From positions 87,608,001-87,672,000 of the forward strand of contig NC_058368.1 of NCBI RefSeq assembly GCF_018350175.1: a DNA stretch of 64,000 nucleotides. The letters run 5' to 3'. Positions 51,451 to 64,000 of this stretch are shown piece after piece. The notes beneath the pieces are model-generated. The model was not told where the DNA came from and did no database searches. It was given only the letters and a program-made list of their open reading frames with translations. Each line of letters begins with the position of its first letter. Position 1 is the stretch's first letter. This stretch comes from Felis catus (lineage: Eukaryota). The position numbers and the translations under genes are program-made.

Positions 51451-51732
51451 CTGAACTTTCGAAGTGAAATAAAGGGTTAGATTCCACCTCCCCCCCCCCC
51501 CCCGAAAAAAAAAGTAATTTAGATTTATGCTGACATACTGATTTTGTTACTGGTAACGAAAGAAAATGTTAGTGTACAATGAACAGAAAAAAAAAATTGG
51601 GGAAGAAATTGTTTTCATACAGATGTTTAATAACTGATTATTGCTTGGATATATTTCTACAGTTATTTTCTCCCTACTTCTAGCATTTCCACTTTCTAAA
51701 TTTAATAAATAAAATAAATTTCATAAAAATCA

Positions 51733-51960
51733 GGGGCGCCTGGATGGCGCAGTTGGTTAAGCGTCCGACTTCAGCCAGGTCACGATCTCGCGGTCCGTGG
51801 GTTCGAGCCCCGCGTCGGGCTCTGGGCTGATGGCTCAGGGCCTGGAGCCTGTTTCCGAGTCTGTGTCTCCCTCTCTCTCTGCCCCTCTCCCGTTCATGCT
51901 CTGTCTCTCTCTGTCCCAAAAATAAATAAAAAACGTTGGGAAAAAAAAGTTTAAAAAAAA
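51733..51960 (+). mobile_element. Young Can-SINE
   Basis: GGGGCGCCTGGATGGCGCAG head; TSD AAAAATCA. Confidence 0.96.
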
Positions 51961-52639
51961 AATCAAAATGAAAGTCAATTACCCACATAGTCACAATCCA
52001 GAAATAATTTTACAAGTAGTATCATAACATAGATTCTTTTCAGTTTTAATAAGAAATGCATCTATAGGTAGAAATTAGTGTCCTCTTTATCTGTCATCCT
52101 AGGTCATCCTCATTATCTCCATGGGGGAAATTTGTAATCATTTCAAGGTGTCCTTCCAATCCCTATTATTTTTTAAACTATAATTTAAAATTATACATTT
52201 TATTATATGTATAGTTTTTATAAACCTTCTTGTTCTTCACTATTTCTGATATTCAGAGTAATTTCCTAGGAACACACATTAATTTAGTTGCATTTAACGT
52301 TGAGACAGTGCTTTATCAATGAACATATTTTGCAATTATCCTATTTCATTTTGTGACACTTGGACATTAATGCTATTTCTACTTTCCTGTCATCACACAT
52401 CCTTCCTAGTGAAGGCAGTGATGCAGAGCTTCATGTATTCTCCTGTAGAGTCTTTCTGAGGATATTCTCATAGGAAAAATTTCTGGTTCATTTGTTGTCT
52501 GTGGTAATTTTTTTTCTTATTTTCATCCATTTGCACATATATTTTCTACTGGTTTCAGCATTTTGCCTTTGTGCATTCTGAAAATATAGATGCGGTGAGT
52601 ATATAATTGTACTATATAAACTTTTCTTTCATGATTGTT

Positions 52640-53285
52640 CTGTTGAAAAACACTGGTGCCCCTACCACACAACAGTAGAAACATAACTTACCACAGTATG
52701 TAAATAACATGAGCATCACTCTCCCTGACGTATCATGTCGCTTCTTTCAAAGTCTGTTGGGGATTGGTCACTGCGCATCTGTTATTAAATTCACACATAG
52801 CCAGAAAAGCTTGTAGTTGTGTTGCCCCCTTTGATGCTTAGTGATGAGTCCACAAAATTTTTGCAAAATGGATTTTCCAAAGAGGAAATTGGTCAACAGA
52901 GATTCAAGTGCAGTGAAGACACGAAAAGAGAGTTTAGATTAAAATCCAATGTAAGTGGACTCATACAAACACAGTTGTTCATGGGAATGTGGACATAACC
53001 TATGTTCAGTTGTCTCCAGACATCCATCCAGAAGAACTCAGTGTAAATAGCACGTTCAAAATAATGAAGGAAAGCAGTTTTGACAAAAAGGTGGAGATAT
53101 CCTGAAGTAATTGATGCGACCAAAAGTATTCACATTAAAGTAATTTTCAGAGATATGTCACAACATTTAAAATGCAAAGGATAAAAGGTTGGATGCTGAT
53201 TCAAAACTAGGAGAAAAATGACAATTTTCCAAGGCATAGAAAAGATGCTCACTCCGTTTTATGTAACATGCCAAAAAGTAGAAAG
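52640..53285 (+). mobile_element. Tigger-type (TcMar, Tigger6-like) DNA transposon remnant
   Basis: GATTGGTCACTGCGCATCTGTTATT..TGTAGTTGTGTTGCC and TTCACATTAAAG..GCAAAGGATAAAAGGTTGGATGCTGAT..CAAGGCATAGAAAAGATGCTC match my recollection of the Tigger6 consensus; TIRs not resolved. Confidence 0.7.
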
Positions 53286-53399
53286 GTGCAGGAGTTTTGA
53301 CCTTCCCAAACTATGTTACAAAGAAAGGCTGCCTGTGACTGTGTGTATGGACATCTATGGAGTAGGGCAGTGGTAAATTTGTCTTCCCGGGACTTTTGT

Positions 53400-53775
53400 C
53401 AGTGTCTGGAAATGTATGGGATTGCCCCAGTTGGTGGCTTCTACTGTCAGTTTTCTTGAGTGTGGAGGGACCTGTGACTTGTTCTAGACAATTTAATATG
53501 ACAAAGGCCATAGGAAGGCACCCCTGTGATTACAATTCATCATATAAGGAAGGACTTAGTACACTGGAGAGATAGACCCTTTGCTGGACTAGGAAACATG
53601 CCACGTCAGGAGACTTCAGGTGCCCTCTCAGATCTACAGTGGACCCATATGAAATTCAGTAAGAAGCTGGGGCTCTCAGTCATGCAGCCACAAGGAAATG
53701 AATTCTGCTAAGAAGCCAAGTGACAGTGGAAGCAGAGTCATCCTAGGTTGATCCTTCAGATGATAACACAACGAA
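53400..53775 (+). mobile_element. MaLR LTR remnant (MLT1E-like)
   Basis: CTTGAGTGTGG..GGACCTGTGACTTGTTCTA and CAGCCACAAGGAAATGAATTCTGC..GGAAGCAGA..CAGATGA motifs characteristic of MLT1 LTRs. Confidence 0.75.
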
Positions 53776-54446
53776 CTGTTACATAGCTGAGAAAAGAATA
53801 CCACCTGTAACCCCTGAGCTTCTCTGGAAACTTGTAAATGGGGGGTTATTTCTGTTGCCTTAGGGCAAGGCTTGGGGAAAGAATTAGGGAATTACTTCAG
53901 GAGAGGATAGAGTTTAGGGAAAGAGAAATCTTTCCAAAAAAGAGGTCTTACAGCCAAGTGAATCTCTTCCAAATGGAATGTCAGAGGTTGGGGATTTCTG
54001 GCATGGGGTTTTGGGGAGAAGATCAGTGGAAGCATCAGTGTTCAGATCCTGATGGAACAGGGCCTCCCAGGTCCCCACTCCCCCTTCAGGAAGGATCCAG
54101 AAAGATCCCAAATTTGGCCTTATAGACACTAGATGCTGGACAGATGGTCCCACATCTCTGGGTCAAGTGACTGTGAGTTGGGGGCTGCTGAGGAGCAGTG
54201 GTTCCTCAGTGCTGCTGAGAGCACTGGTTCCTGGGGACCAGTGGCTCTTCTGACATAAAGGAAGGGTGAGGTGGCGGGGTACAAGGAATGGATGTGCTGT
54301 GGGCATGGCTGGAAACACTTCCCACTGGTGATATTCCTAGTTCTTGGAGATGTAAGTGCCCCCCTCATTCAGGGCTGGGGGAGGTGGTCTCAGAACCAAT
54401 ACTAGGAAACCCAAAATTTCTGTGTTCTCTGGGCTTTCATTGGCTA

Positions 54447-54660
54447 TTTTTTAAAAATGCTTATTTAATTATTTTATTTGAGAGATTGAGAGAAAGCCTG
54501 AGCAGGGGAGGGGCCGAGAGAGGGAGACAGAGAATCCCAAGCAGGCTCTGCACCATCAGCATGAAGCCCGATGCAGGCTTCAACCCACCAGCTGTGAGAT
54601 CATGACCTGAACCAAAACCAAGAGTTGGATGCTTAACCAACTGAGCCACCCAGGTGCCCC
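54447..54660 (-). mobile_element. Can-SINE
   Basis: Ends CTGAGCCACCCAGGTGCCCC. Confidence 0.93.
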
Positions 54661-56389
54661 GCCTTGGCTCTTTTTGTGTGTGTTTCATTTACAATAATGG
54701 TGATGTTTGCCATCTTCAAAATACCTTCAAAGTACCTGTAAAGAATAAGAGTACTTATTCACGCTCTGTTGGCCAGAGCATACGGTAGGAAACATGCTTG
54801 GTATCGTGACTTTTCGTTAATACATCTAACTTCATGAAACCAGGGTCACCAGGATTATATGAGATGCATTTAGTCTATTCTTATTTTTTAATCTATTCTA
54901 TTTGTGTAAAATGCTGCTTTTCATTTCCCAAGTATATTTCACTTCTCACTCATTGCTGTCATTACCCTAATAGGAGACGACATTGAAATTCATGTTCTAA
55001 GTCTTTACTGGGGTAGGCTTTCTGTCAGAACAGTGAGGGACAAAGGCAAAGATCTTGGCTCTCCTATTCATGAGAAAGATGCAAACTTACATGTTTCACT
55101 GATGGCCAGTTTGCGTTTAGTGACCACTGTGCCCTAATTCAACCCCAGTGCTTTGGAGGTCGGAGGTGACACTATAAGTCACAGTTTCCTGAAATCTCAG
55201 CACCACATGACAGGGTTGGGTGTTAAAATTTTCATGCACATTCTGTTCTGATTTATGATAAGTTAAATGAAAAAGTCACCTTATTTCTACAACTTACTGT
55301 TCCTTTCTGTTTCTCCACTTACTTATGTCTTCTTCTTATTATTAACCCAGGGATTCTACATTATATGAAAAGTGGACATTGATCATCATCTGAGAACACC
55401 ATTTTTATTATTCTTAAAAAGGTCTTATCTAAGTTTTTTTCTTGAAGGACCCTAACTCCTGATGTTTCTCTTTTCCCCCCTCCTTCAGTTCTTTCCTATA
55501 ATGCCATGTCCAATGGAGCTAAAACCTGATTAGAAGCTGAATGCTCTCTGAGAGCCGAAAACGGTTTTCATCTGGGATTTTCATCAGTTTCCCTTAACAT
55601 TGAACACACATTTCTTCTTCTCATGTTTATTTTTACACTCATTGGGTTGGGGATATCTGGCCACTAATTTGACACTTTTCCTACCAAACAGTGCATGGCC
55701 CTTCATCCATCATCAAATATGTTCACTTCTTGATCCTCTAGGGGGTTCACTTTGGACTCTCTAGGTAAATATTAGACTTAAAATGTTATTTCATGAAAAG
55801 TATGTGCTGGTTGGAGAACCCTAGAGTTTCAACCATTAAAAACTACCTGAATCTTACATGGTGTTCAAAAGTCTTTGTGTTTGAGGTCCAGTCCAAGATG
55901 GCAATGTAGGAAGACTTTGAATTCACGTCCTGCATGGAGACACCAAATCTCCACCTACTTATAGAGCAATTCCTCCTGAAGAAGACCTGAGGGCTAACTG
56001 AACAGCTTCGTCACAACAAAACATACAGAGACACACAGAGTATGAGAGAGAGACATGGTAATGAAGAGAACCCCCACCCCTGACACTGTGTACTGCAGTG
56101 AGGAGTGATAGCACATGAGCAGACTTGTTTGTCTTGGGGCACAGAAAAGAAATCCATGGTTTAAGGAGCCCTTAGAATGTAGAAGGGCAAGCCTTTGAGT
56201 CCTGCCAAACAGCAGGGACCTACTGGAACTCTCTCTGTGTGGAGCAGCTGGTGAGCACCATGGTTTACATTCTCCCTCCACCTTCATGGCATGGATGGAA
56301 GCAGGATCCAGGGGCTGTCAGTGGCCTGAGGCTGTAGCCCACACCAGTCCCAGCCATCCCACCAAGGTGGTGCCCGCACGGCACCAATG

Positions 56390-57200
56390 GAGACAATCCT
56401 GATCGGTGCTCAGTACATCTCCAACTGTCATGCCAAGGTGACACGTGCACAAAGCACCCAGAACACTCCAAGCCCACACCACTTAGGCTGCAGAAGGCTT
56501 GCTACAACATGCCAGGGGGAACAGTGATCCAGATCCACTTGGGTCATGTCTGTGTCAGCTCCAGCCGCCCTGTCAGGGGACTGACTGAATGAAGCACCTC
56601 AGCAACCTCCAGCCCACACCCTGCTTCAGCTCCAACCACCATACCAGGAGCACCCTAGGACATTCTGGCCCATGCTGGTCTTGGCTCCAGTTGTCTCCAG
56701 CACTGAGCACTGCAGGACTACCCAGCTTACACCCACTTCACCTTCAGCTGTCCTAACAGGTTACCCTCTGCATAGAGAGTCCTAGAGCACCCTGGCTTGC
56801 ACCTAGTTCATCTGCTGCTACCTTACCAGCACCCCTCATTCACACAGAAGCCCAGGAAGCCTGTCCCTGCCCTTCCTCAGCTTCAGCCAAGCTCCAGAGT
56901 ATCCCCTGTGCAGAGCACATGGGAATACCCTTGCCCTGTCTCAGGTGCAGCCGTCCCACCAGGGTTCTGTCTGCACAGAAAGATGTGAGACACCCTGCTT
57001 TGTGAACACTTTAACTTCAGCTATCCTGCCAGGGTGCCCTCTGAAGAGATTGCCCCAAGATCACCCTCACATATACCCACTTCAGTTTTAGCTGTCCTGT
57101 CAGAGTACCCTCTGTATGAAGAGTATTAGGGATGCCTTGACCTATGTCCACTTCAGCTCCAGCCATCCTACCAGGGCAGGCCCATCACAGACTTCCAGTA
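56390..57200 (+). repeat. Degenerate ~70-bp tandem array within old L1 5'UTR
   Basis: Recurrent CCACTTCAGCTCCAGC..CCAGGG..CCCTCTG..CAGAG..CACCC unit, e.g. at 56731, ~56801, ~57076, ~57147. Confidence 0.75.
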
Positions 57201-57462
57201 ATCCCAACCCATGTTACACACTGCTACAGCCAGCCAGCTGAAGTCACCAAGTACCCAATTTACACAGAGGACAGAAGACAATTCTTTCCATTTTAGGATG
57301 GTACCTGATGCACCTAATTCACAGAACAAAAGAGAAAGTCAAGCAAAGTTGGGAGACAGACGAATGTGCTCCAAACAAAAGAACAAAACAAATCTCAGAG
57401 AAAGAAGTAAATATGGTGTGGATAAACAATATGCCTGAAAATAGTTTAAAGTTATGATTATA

Positions 57463-57844
57463 CATTTCTTTGCCATTGTTCGAATATGTAGATATTTAAC
57501 CAGATGGAATGTACATTCCCCACACATGTCCATACATACACATGTGCCCCCAGGGAGCAAGGGGTTGGAGACATTCCATTGAATGGTGACATCACCTTAT
57601 TCTATGAGAATATACACATCGTTTCTCCTCAATGGGGCCATCAATCTGTCTGTCATCTTAGGACCAAGTGAGTACAAAACACTTCTAGGTTTGTTTTGAA
57701 ATACAGTGTTGAAATGGTGATAAAGGCTTGTTTAACCTTACACCACAAAATTTCAAAAGTAAAGTCCCACTTGCCAAGAGAAAATTGTTTTTATACAGCA
57801 CACCATTTCCTTTGAATGTTAAATACCCAGTTATACTTCCAAAA
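57463..57844 (+). other. 382-bp non-repeat insertion with 15-bp TSD (probable retrocopy of an mRNA 3' end)
   Basis: TSD AAAGTTATGATTATA at 57448-57462 and 57845-57859; TTT/AAA endonuclease-type target; short A run at the 3' junction; L1 ORF1 resumes afterwards. Confidence 0.75.
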
Positions 57845-58634
57845 AAAGTTATGATTATAAAGATACTCACTGGACTGCCAAGAACAGTGCAATAACTCAG
57901 AAAGGATGTCAACTGAGATAGAAAAGATAAAAAACAACTAATCAGAGTTGAAGAATACAATAATTGGAATAAAAAATACACGCCAGGAAATCAACAGTAG
58001 ATCAATAGATGCAAAAACATGGATCAGCAACCTAGAAGACAGTAATGGAAAGCACACAAAATGAACAGCAAAAAGAAAAAAAAGAATTAGATTAAGGGAA
58101 CTCTTGGACAACATTAAGTGAACAAACATTTATATTATGGAATATCAGATGGAAAAGAGAGAGAGAAAGGAGCAGAAAAATTATTTGAAGAAATAATGGC
58201 TGAAAAATCCCCTAATCTAGGTAAGGAAAGAGTTAATCCAGGTTCAGGAAGTACAAAGAGTTCCAAACAAGATGAACTGGAGAGGTTAGTTTCACACCAA
58301 AATGTAATAATTACAATGTCAATAGTTAAAAAGAGATTATTAAAAGTAGGAAGAGAGAAGCAACCAGTTACGAGACCTCATAAGACCATCAACTGATTTT
58401 TACTAGGAATTTTGTAGAACAGAAGGAAGTGGCATAATATACCCAGAGGTGAAAGGAAAAAAAAAAACCCTACAATGTGGAATATTTTACCTGGCAATGT
58501 TATTCAGAATTGAAAGAGAGATGAAGATTTCCTGAGACAAACACAAATTTAAGGAGGTCATCACCACAAAACCATCCTTCCAAGAAAAGATAAATGGAAT
58601 ACCTTTTTAAAAAAAGTTTTTATGGATTTGAGTC

Positions 58635-59300
58635 AAGATGGCGGCGTAGGAGGACGCTGGGCTCACCGCGCGTCCTGCTGATCACTTAGATTCCACTTAC
58701 ACCTGCCTAAATAACCCAGAAAATCGCCAGAGGATTAGCAGAAAGGAGTCGCCGGAGCCAAGCGCAGACGAGAGGCCCACGGAAGAGGGTAGGAAGGGCG
58801 GCGAGGCGGTGCGCGCTCCACAGACTGGCGGGAGGGAGCCAGGGTGGAGGGGCGGCTCGCAGGCCAAGCAGAGCCCCCGAGTCTTGCTTGCAAAAGCGGA
58901 GGGGCCTGACGGACTGTGTTCCCACAACAAGCGCGACTTAGCGTCTGGGAGGTCATAAGTTAGCAGCTCTGCTCAGAAAGCGGGAAGGCTGGAGGACAAA
59001 GGGAGGGAGAGCTGCTGAGCCCCCTGACGACAGAGCTCAGTTTGGCGGGGAACAAAGGCGCTCGCCAGCGCCATCTCCCCCGCCCATCCCCCAGCCAAAA
59101 TCCCAAAGGGAACCAGTTCCTGCCAGGGAACTTGCTCGCTCTGCGCAAACACCCAACTCTGTGCTTCTGCGGAGCCAAACCTCCGGCAGCGGATCTGACT
59201 CCCTCCCGCTGCCACAGGGCCCCTCCTGAAGTGGATCACCTAAGGAGAAGCGAGCTAAGCCTGCCCCTCCTGCCCCCGTGCACCTTGCCTACCCACCCCA
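58635..59300 (+). promoter_or_regulatory. L1 internal promoter / CpG-rich 5'UTR
   Basis: YY1 motif CAAGATGGCG and dense unmutated CpGs. Confidence 0.8.
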
Positions 59301-59547
59301 GCTAATACGCCAGATCCCCAGCATCACAAGCCTGGCAGTGTGCAAGTAGCCCAGATGGGCCACGCCACCCCACAGTGAATCCCCTAGGAGAGAGGAAGAG
59401 AAAGCACACACCAGTCTGACTGTGGCCCCAGCGGTGGGCTGGGGCAGACATCAGGTCTGACTGCAGCCCCGCCCACCAACTCCAGTTATACACCACAGCA
59501 CAGGGGAAGTGCCCTGCGGGTCCTCACCACGCCAGGGACTATCCAAA

Positions 59548-60442
59548 ATGACCAAGGGGAAGAATTCCCCTCAGAAGAATCTCCAGGAAATAACAACAGC
59601 TAATGAGCTGATCAAAAAGGATTTAAATAATATAACAGAAAGTGAATTTAGAATAATAGTCATAAAATTAATTGCTGGGCTTGAAAACAGTATACAGGAC
59701 AGCAGAGAATCTCTTGCTACAGAGATCAAGAGACTAAGGAACAGTCACGAGGAGCTGAAAAACGCTTTAAATGAAATGCAAAACAAAATGGAAACCACCA
59801 CGGCTCGGATTGAAGAGGCAGAGGAGAGAATAGGTGAACTAGAAGCTAAAGTTATGGAAAAAGAGGAAGCTGAGAAAAAGAGAGATAAAAAAAATCCAGG
59901 AGTATGAGGGGAAAATTAGAGAACTAAGTGATACACTAAAAAGAAATAATATACACATAATTGGTATCCCAGAGGAGGAAGAGAGAGGGAAAGGTGCTGA
60001 AGGGGTACTTGAAGAAATAATAGCTGAGAACTTCCCTGAACTGGGGAAGGAAAAAAGCATTGAAATCCAAGAGGCACAGAGAACTCCCTTCAGACGTAAC
60101 TTGAATCGATCTTCTGCACGACATATCATAGTGAAACTGGCAAAATACAAGGATAAAGAGAAAATTCTGAAAGCAGCAAGGGGTAAACGTGCCCTCACAT
60201 ATAAAGGGAGACCTATAAGACTCATGACTGATCTCTCTTTTGAAACTGGGCAGGCCAGAAAGAATTGGCACGAGATTTTCAGGGTGCTAGACAGAAAAAA
60301 TATGCAGCCGAGAATCCTTTATCCAGCAAGTCTGTCATTTAGAATACAAGGAGAGATAAAGGTCTTCCCAAACAAACAAAAACTGAAGGAATTTGTCACC
60401 ACTAAACCAGCCCTACAAGAGATCCTAAGGGGGACCCTGTGA
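59548..60442 (+). pseudogene. L1 ORF1p (RNA-binding protein), frameshifted
   Basis: MTKGKNSPQKN...[10 protein letters not shown]; frameshift in the A8 run at 59887-59894. Confidence 0.92.
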
Positions 60443-60492
60443 GACAAAGTACCAGAGGCATCACTACAAGCATAAAACATACAGACATCACA

Positions 60493-63400
60493 ATGACTCT
60501 AAACCCGTATCTTTCTATAATAACACTGAATGTAAATGGATTAAATGCACCAACCAAAGACATAGGGTATCAGAATGGATAAAAAAACAAGACCCATCTA
60601 TTTGCTGTCTACAAGAGACTCATTTTAGACCTGAGGACACCTTTAGATTGAGAGTGAGGGGATGGAGAACTATTTATCATGCGACTGGAAGCCAAAAGAA
60701 AGCTGGAGTAGCCATACTTATATCAGACAAACTAGACTTTAAATTAAAGGCTGTAACAAGAGATGAAGAAGGACATTATATAATAGTTACAGGGTCTATC
60801 CATCAGGAAGAGTTAACAATTATAAATGTCTATGCGCCGAATACCGGAGCCCCCAAATATATAAAACAATTACTCATAAACATAAGCAACCTTATTGATA
60901 AGAATGTGGTAATTGCAGGGGACTTAAACACCCCACTTACAGAAATGGATAGATCATCTAGACACACGGTCAATAAAGAAACAAGGGCCCTGAATGAGAC
61001 ATTGGATCAGATGGACTTGACAGATATATTTACAACTCTACATCCCAAAGCAACAGAATATACTTTCTTCTCGAGTGCACATGGAACATTCTCCAAGATA
61101 GATCATAGACTGGGTCACAAAACAGCCCTTCATAAGTTTACAAGAATTGAAATTATACCATGCACACTTTCAGACCACAATGCTATGAAGCTTGAAATCA
61201 ACCACAGGAAAAAGTCTGGAAAACCTCCAAAAGCATGGAGGTTAAAGAACACCCTACTAAAGAATGAATGGGTCAACCAGGCAATTAGAGAAGAAATTAA
61301 AAAATATATGGAAACCAACGAAAATGAAAATACAACAATCCAAACACTTTGGGATGCAGCGAAGGCAGTCTTGAGAGGAAAATACATTGCAATCCAGGCC
61401 TATCTCAAGAAACAAGAAAAATCCCAAATACAAAATCTAACAGCACACCTAAAGGAACTAGAAGCAGAACAGCAAAGGCAGCCTAAACCCAGCAGAAGAA
61501 GAGAAATAATAAATATCAGAGCAGAAATAAACAATATAGAATCTAAAAAAACTGTAGAGCAGATCAACGAAACCAAGAGTTGGTTTTTTAAAAAAATAAA
61601 CAAAACTGACAAACCTCTAGCCAGGCTTCTCAGAAAGAAAAGGGAGATGACCCAAATAGATAAAATCATGAATGAAAATGGAAAGATTACAACCAATCCC
61701 TCAGAGATACAAACAATTATCAGGGAATACTATGAAAAATTATATGACAACAAATTGGACAACCTGGAAGAAATGGACAAATTCCTGAACACCCACACAC
61801 TTCCAAAACTCAATCAGGAGGAAATAGAAAGCTTGAACAGACCCATAACCAGCGAAGAAATTGAATCGGTTATCAAAAATCTCCCAACAAATAAGAGTCC
61901 AGGGCCAGATGACTTCCCAGGGGAGTTCTACCAGACGTTTAAAGCAGAGATAATACCTATCCTTCTCAAGCTAGTCCAAGAAATAGAAAGGGAAGGAAAA
62001 CTTCCAGACTCATTCTATGAAGCCAGTATTACTTTGATTCCTAAACCAGACAGATACCCAGTAACAAAAGAGAACTACAGGCCAATATCCCTGATGAATA
62101 TGGATGCAAAAATTCTCAATAAGATACTAGCAAATCGAATTCAATGGCATATAAAAAGAATTATTCACCATGATCAAGTGGGATTCATTCCTGGGATGCA
62201 GGGCTGGTTCAACATTCGCAAATCAATCAACGTGATACATCACATAAACGAAAAAAAAAAAAAAGAGAAGAACCATATGATCCTGTCAATCGATGCAGAA
62301 AAGGCCTTTGACAAAATCCAGCACCCTTTCTTAATAAAAACCCTTGAGAAAGTCGGGATAGAAGGAACATACTTAAAGATCATCAAAGCCATTTATGAAA
62401 AGCCCACAGCTAACATCAGCCTCCATGGGGAAAAACTGAGAGCTTTTTCCCTGAGATCAGGAACACGACAGGATGTCCACTCTCACCACTGTTGTTTAAC
62501 ATAGTGTTGGAAGTTCTAGCATCAGCAATCAGACAACAAAAGGAAATCAAAGGCATCAAAATTGGCAATGATGAAGTCAAGCTTTCGCTTTTTGCAGATG
62601 ACATGATATTATACATGAAAAATCCGATAGACTCCACCAAAAGTCTGCTAGAACTGATACAGGAATTCAGCAAAGTTGCAGGATACAAAATCAATGTACA
62701 GAAATCAGTTGCATTCTTATACAACAACAATGAAGCAAGAGAAAGACAAATAAAGAAACTGATCCCATTCACAATTGCACCAAGAAGCATAAAATACCTA
62801 GGAACAAATCTAACCAAAGATGTAAAGGATCTGTATGCTGAAAACTATAGAAAGCTCATGAAGGTAATTGAAGAAGATTTAAAGAAATGGAAAGACATTC
62901 CCTGCTCATGGATTGGAAAAATAAATATTGTCAAAATGTCAATACTGCCCAAAGCTATCTACACATTCAATGCAATCCCAATCAAAATTGCACCAGCATT
63001 CTTCTCGAAATGAGAACAAGCAATCCTAAAATTCATATGGAACCACAAAAGGCCCCGAATAGCCAAAGGAATTTTGAAGAAGAAGACCAAAGCACGAGGC
63101 ATCACAATCCCAGACTTTAGCCTCTACTACAAAGCTGTCATCATCAAAACAGCATGGTATTGGCACAAAAACAGACACATAGACCAATGGAATAGAATAG
63201 AAACCCCAGAACTAGACCCACAAACGTATGGCCAACTCATCTTTGACAAAGCAGGAAAGAACATCCAATGGAAAAAAGACAGCCTCTTTAACAAATGGTG
63301 CTGGGAGAACTGGACAGCAACATGCAGAAGGTTGAAACTAGACCACTTTCTCACACCATTCACAAAAATAAACTCAAAATGGATAAAGGACCTAAATGTG

Positions 63401-64000
63401 AGACAGGAAACCATCAAAACCTTAGAGGAGAAAGCAGGAAAAGACCTCTCTGGCCTCAGCCGTAGCAATCTCTTACTCAACACATCCCCAAAGGCAAGGG
63501 AATTAAAAGCAAAAGTGAATTACTGCGACCTTATGAAGATAAAAAGCTTCTGCACAGTAAAGGAAACAACCAACAAAACTAAAAGGCAACCAACGGAATG
63601 GGAAAAGATATTCGCAAATGACATATCGGACAAAGGGCTAGTATCCAAAATCTATAAAGAGCTCACCAAACTCCACACCCGAAAAACAAATAACCCAGTG
63701 AAGAAATGGGCAGAAAACATGAATAGACACTTCTCTAAAGAAGACATCCGGATGGCCAACAGGCACATGAAAAGATGTTCAGCGTCGCTCCTTATCAGGG
63801 AAATACAAATCAAAACCACACTCAGGTATCACCTCACGCTAGTCAGAGTGGACAAAATGAACAAATCAGGAGACTATAGATGCTGGAGAGGATGTGGAGA
63901 AACGGGAACCCTCTTGCACTGTTGGTGGGAATGCAAATTGGTGCAGCCGCTCTGGAAAGCAGTGTGGAGGTTCCTCAGAAAATTAAAAATAGACCTACCC
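60493..64000 (+). pseudogene. L1 ORF2p (endonuclease / reverse transcriptase), disrupted
   Basis: ATG at 60493 ([18 protein letters not shown]); frameshifts at ~60558 and ~62471; nonsense TGA at 63011-63013; longest open piece 618 aa. Confidence 0.95.

Larger units (their letters stand above)
55885..58610 (+). mobile_element. Old L1 5'UTR and ORF1
   Basis: Starts CCAAGATGGC (YY1 motif, ~55893); ORF1 remnants 57345-58600 (EREKGAEKLFEEIMAEKSPNLGKE). Confidence 0.85.
58630..64000 (+). mobile_element. Young full-length-type felid L1, running off the window end; defective
   Basis: CAAGATGGCGGCG start; CpG-rich 5'UTR; ORF1 and ORF2 in order; EN and RT (FADD at 62591-62602) motifs. Confidence 0.98.

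Noticed and set aside
56390..57200. CRISPR-like or other prokaryotic repeat-spacer array
   Set aside because: Mammalian DNA; units are degenerate tandem copies without unique spacers; no cas genes
37711..58630. Inversion of the interval between the two head-to-head young L1s
   Set aside because: The 5' flank of the plus element does not match the expected TSD of the minus element's 3' flank, so there is no swapped-TSD evidence

Overview
Mammalian genomic DNA, almost certainly a felid, judging by the tRNA-derived Can-SINEs with (CT)n and A-tail and the carnivore-type L1s. It is repeat-dominated: by rough summation about two thirds is LINE-1, in nested stacks, with about 17 Can-SINEs, a solo ERV LTR (6-bp TSD), a MaLR LTR remnant, a Tigger-type DNA transposon remnant and many microsatellites. 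Two near-full-length young L1s (31.6-37.7 kb minus; 58.6 kb to the window end plus) are both ORF-disrupted. The only recognisable host gene is a vomeronasal type-1 receptor (V1R) pseudogene on the minus strand at 20614-21578, with a splice acceptor just upstream and a candidate non-coding first exon about 4.3 kb away. Most ORFs in the supplied track are L1 fragments or spurious antisense/low-complexity ORFs. I found no evidence for a genuinely new protein-coding system. The most unusual signals are: (i) sequence homogenisation among local L1 copies (840 bp of perfect identity between copies 49.6 kb apart, and a 173-bp identical patch carrying a shared frameshift between inverted copies); (ii) repeated insertion into the same target sites; (iii) a TSD-flanked 382-bp non-repeat retro-insert; (iv) a perfect 36-bp-arm hairpin. 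Repeat family names are from recognition, not database search, and boundaries of old repeats are approximate.
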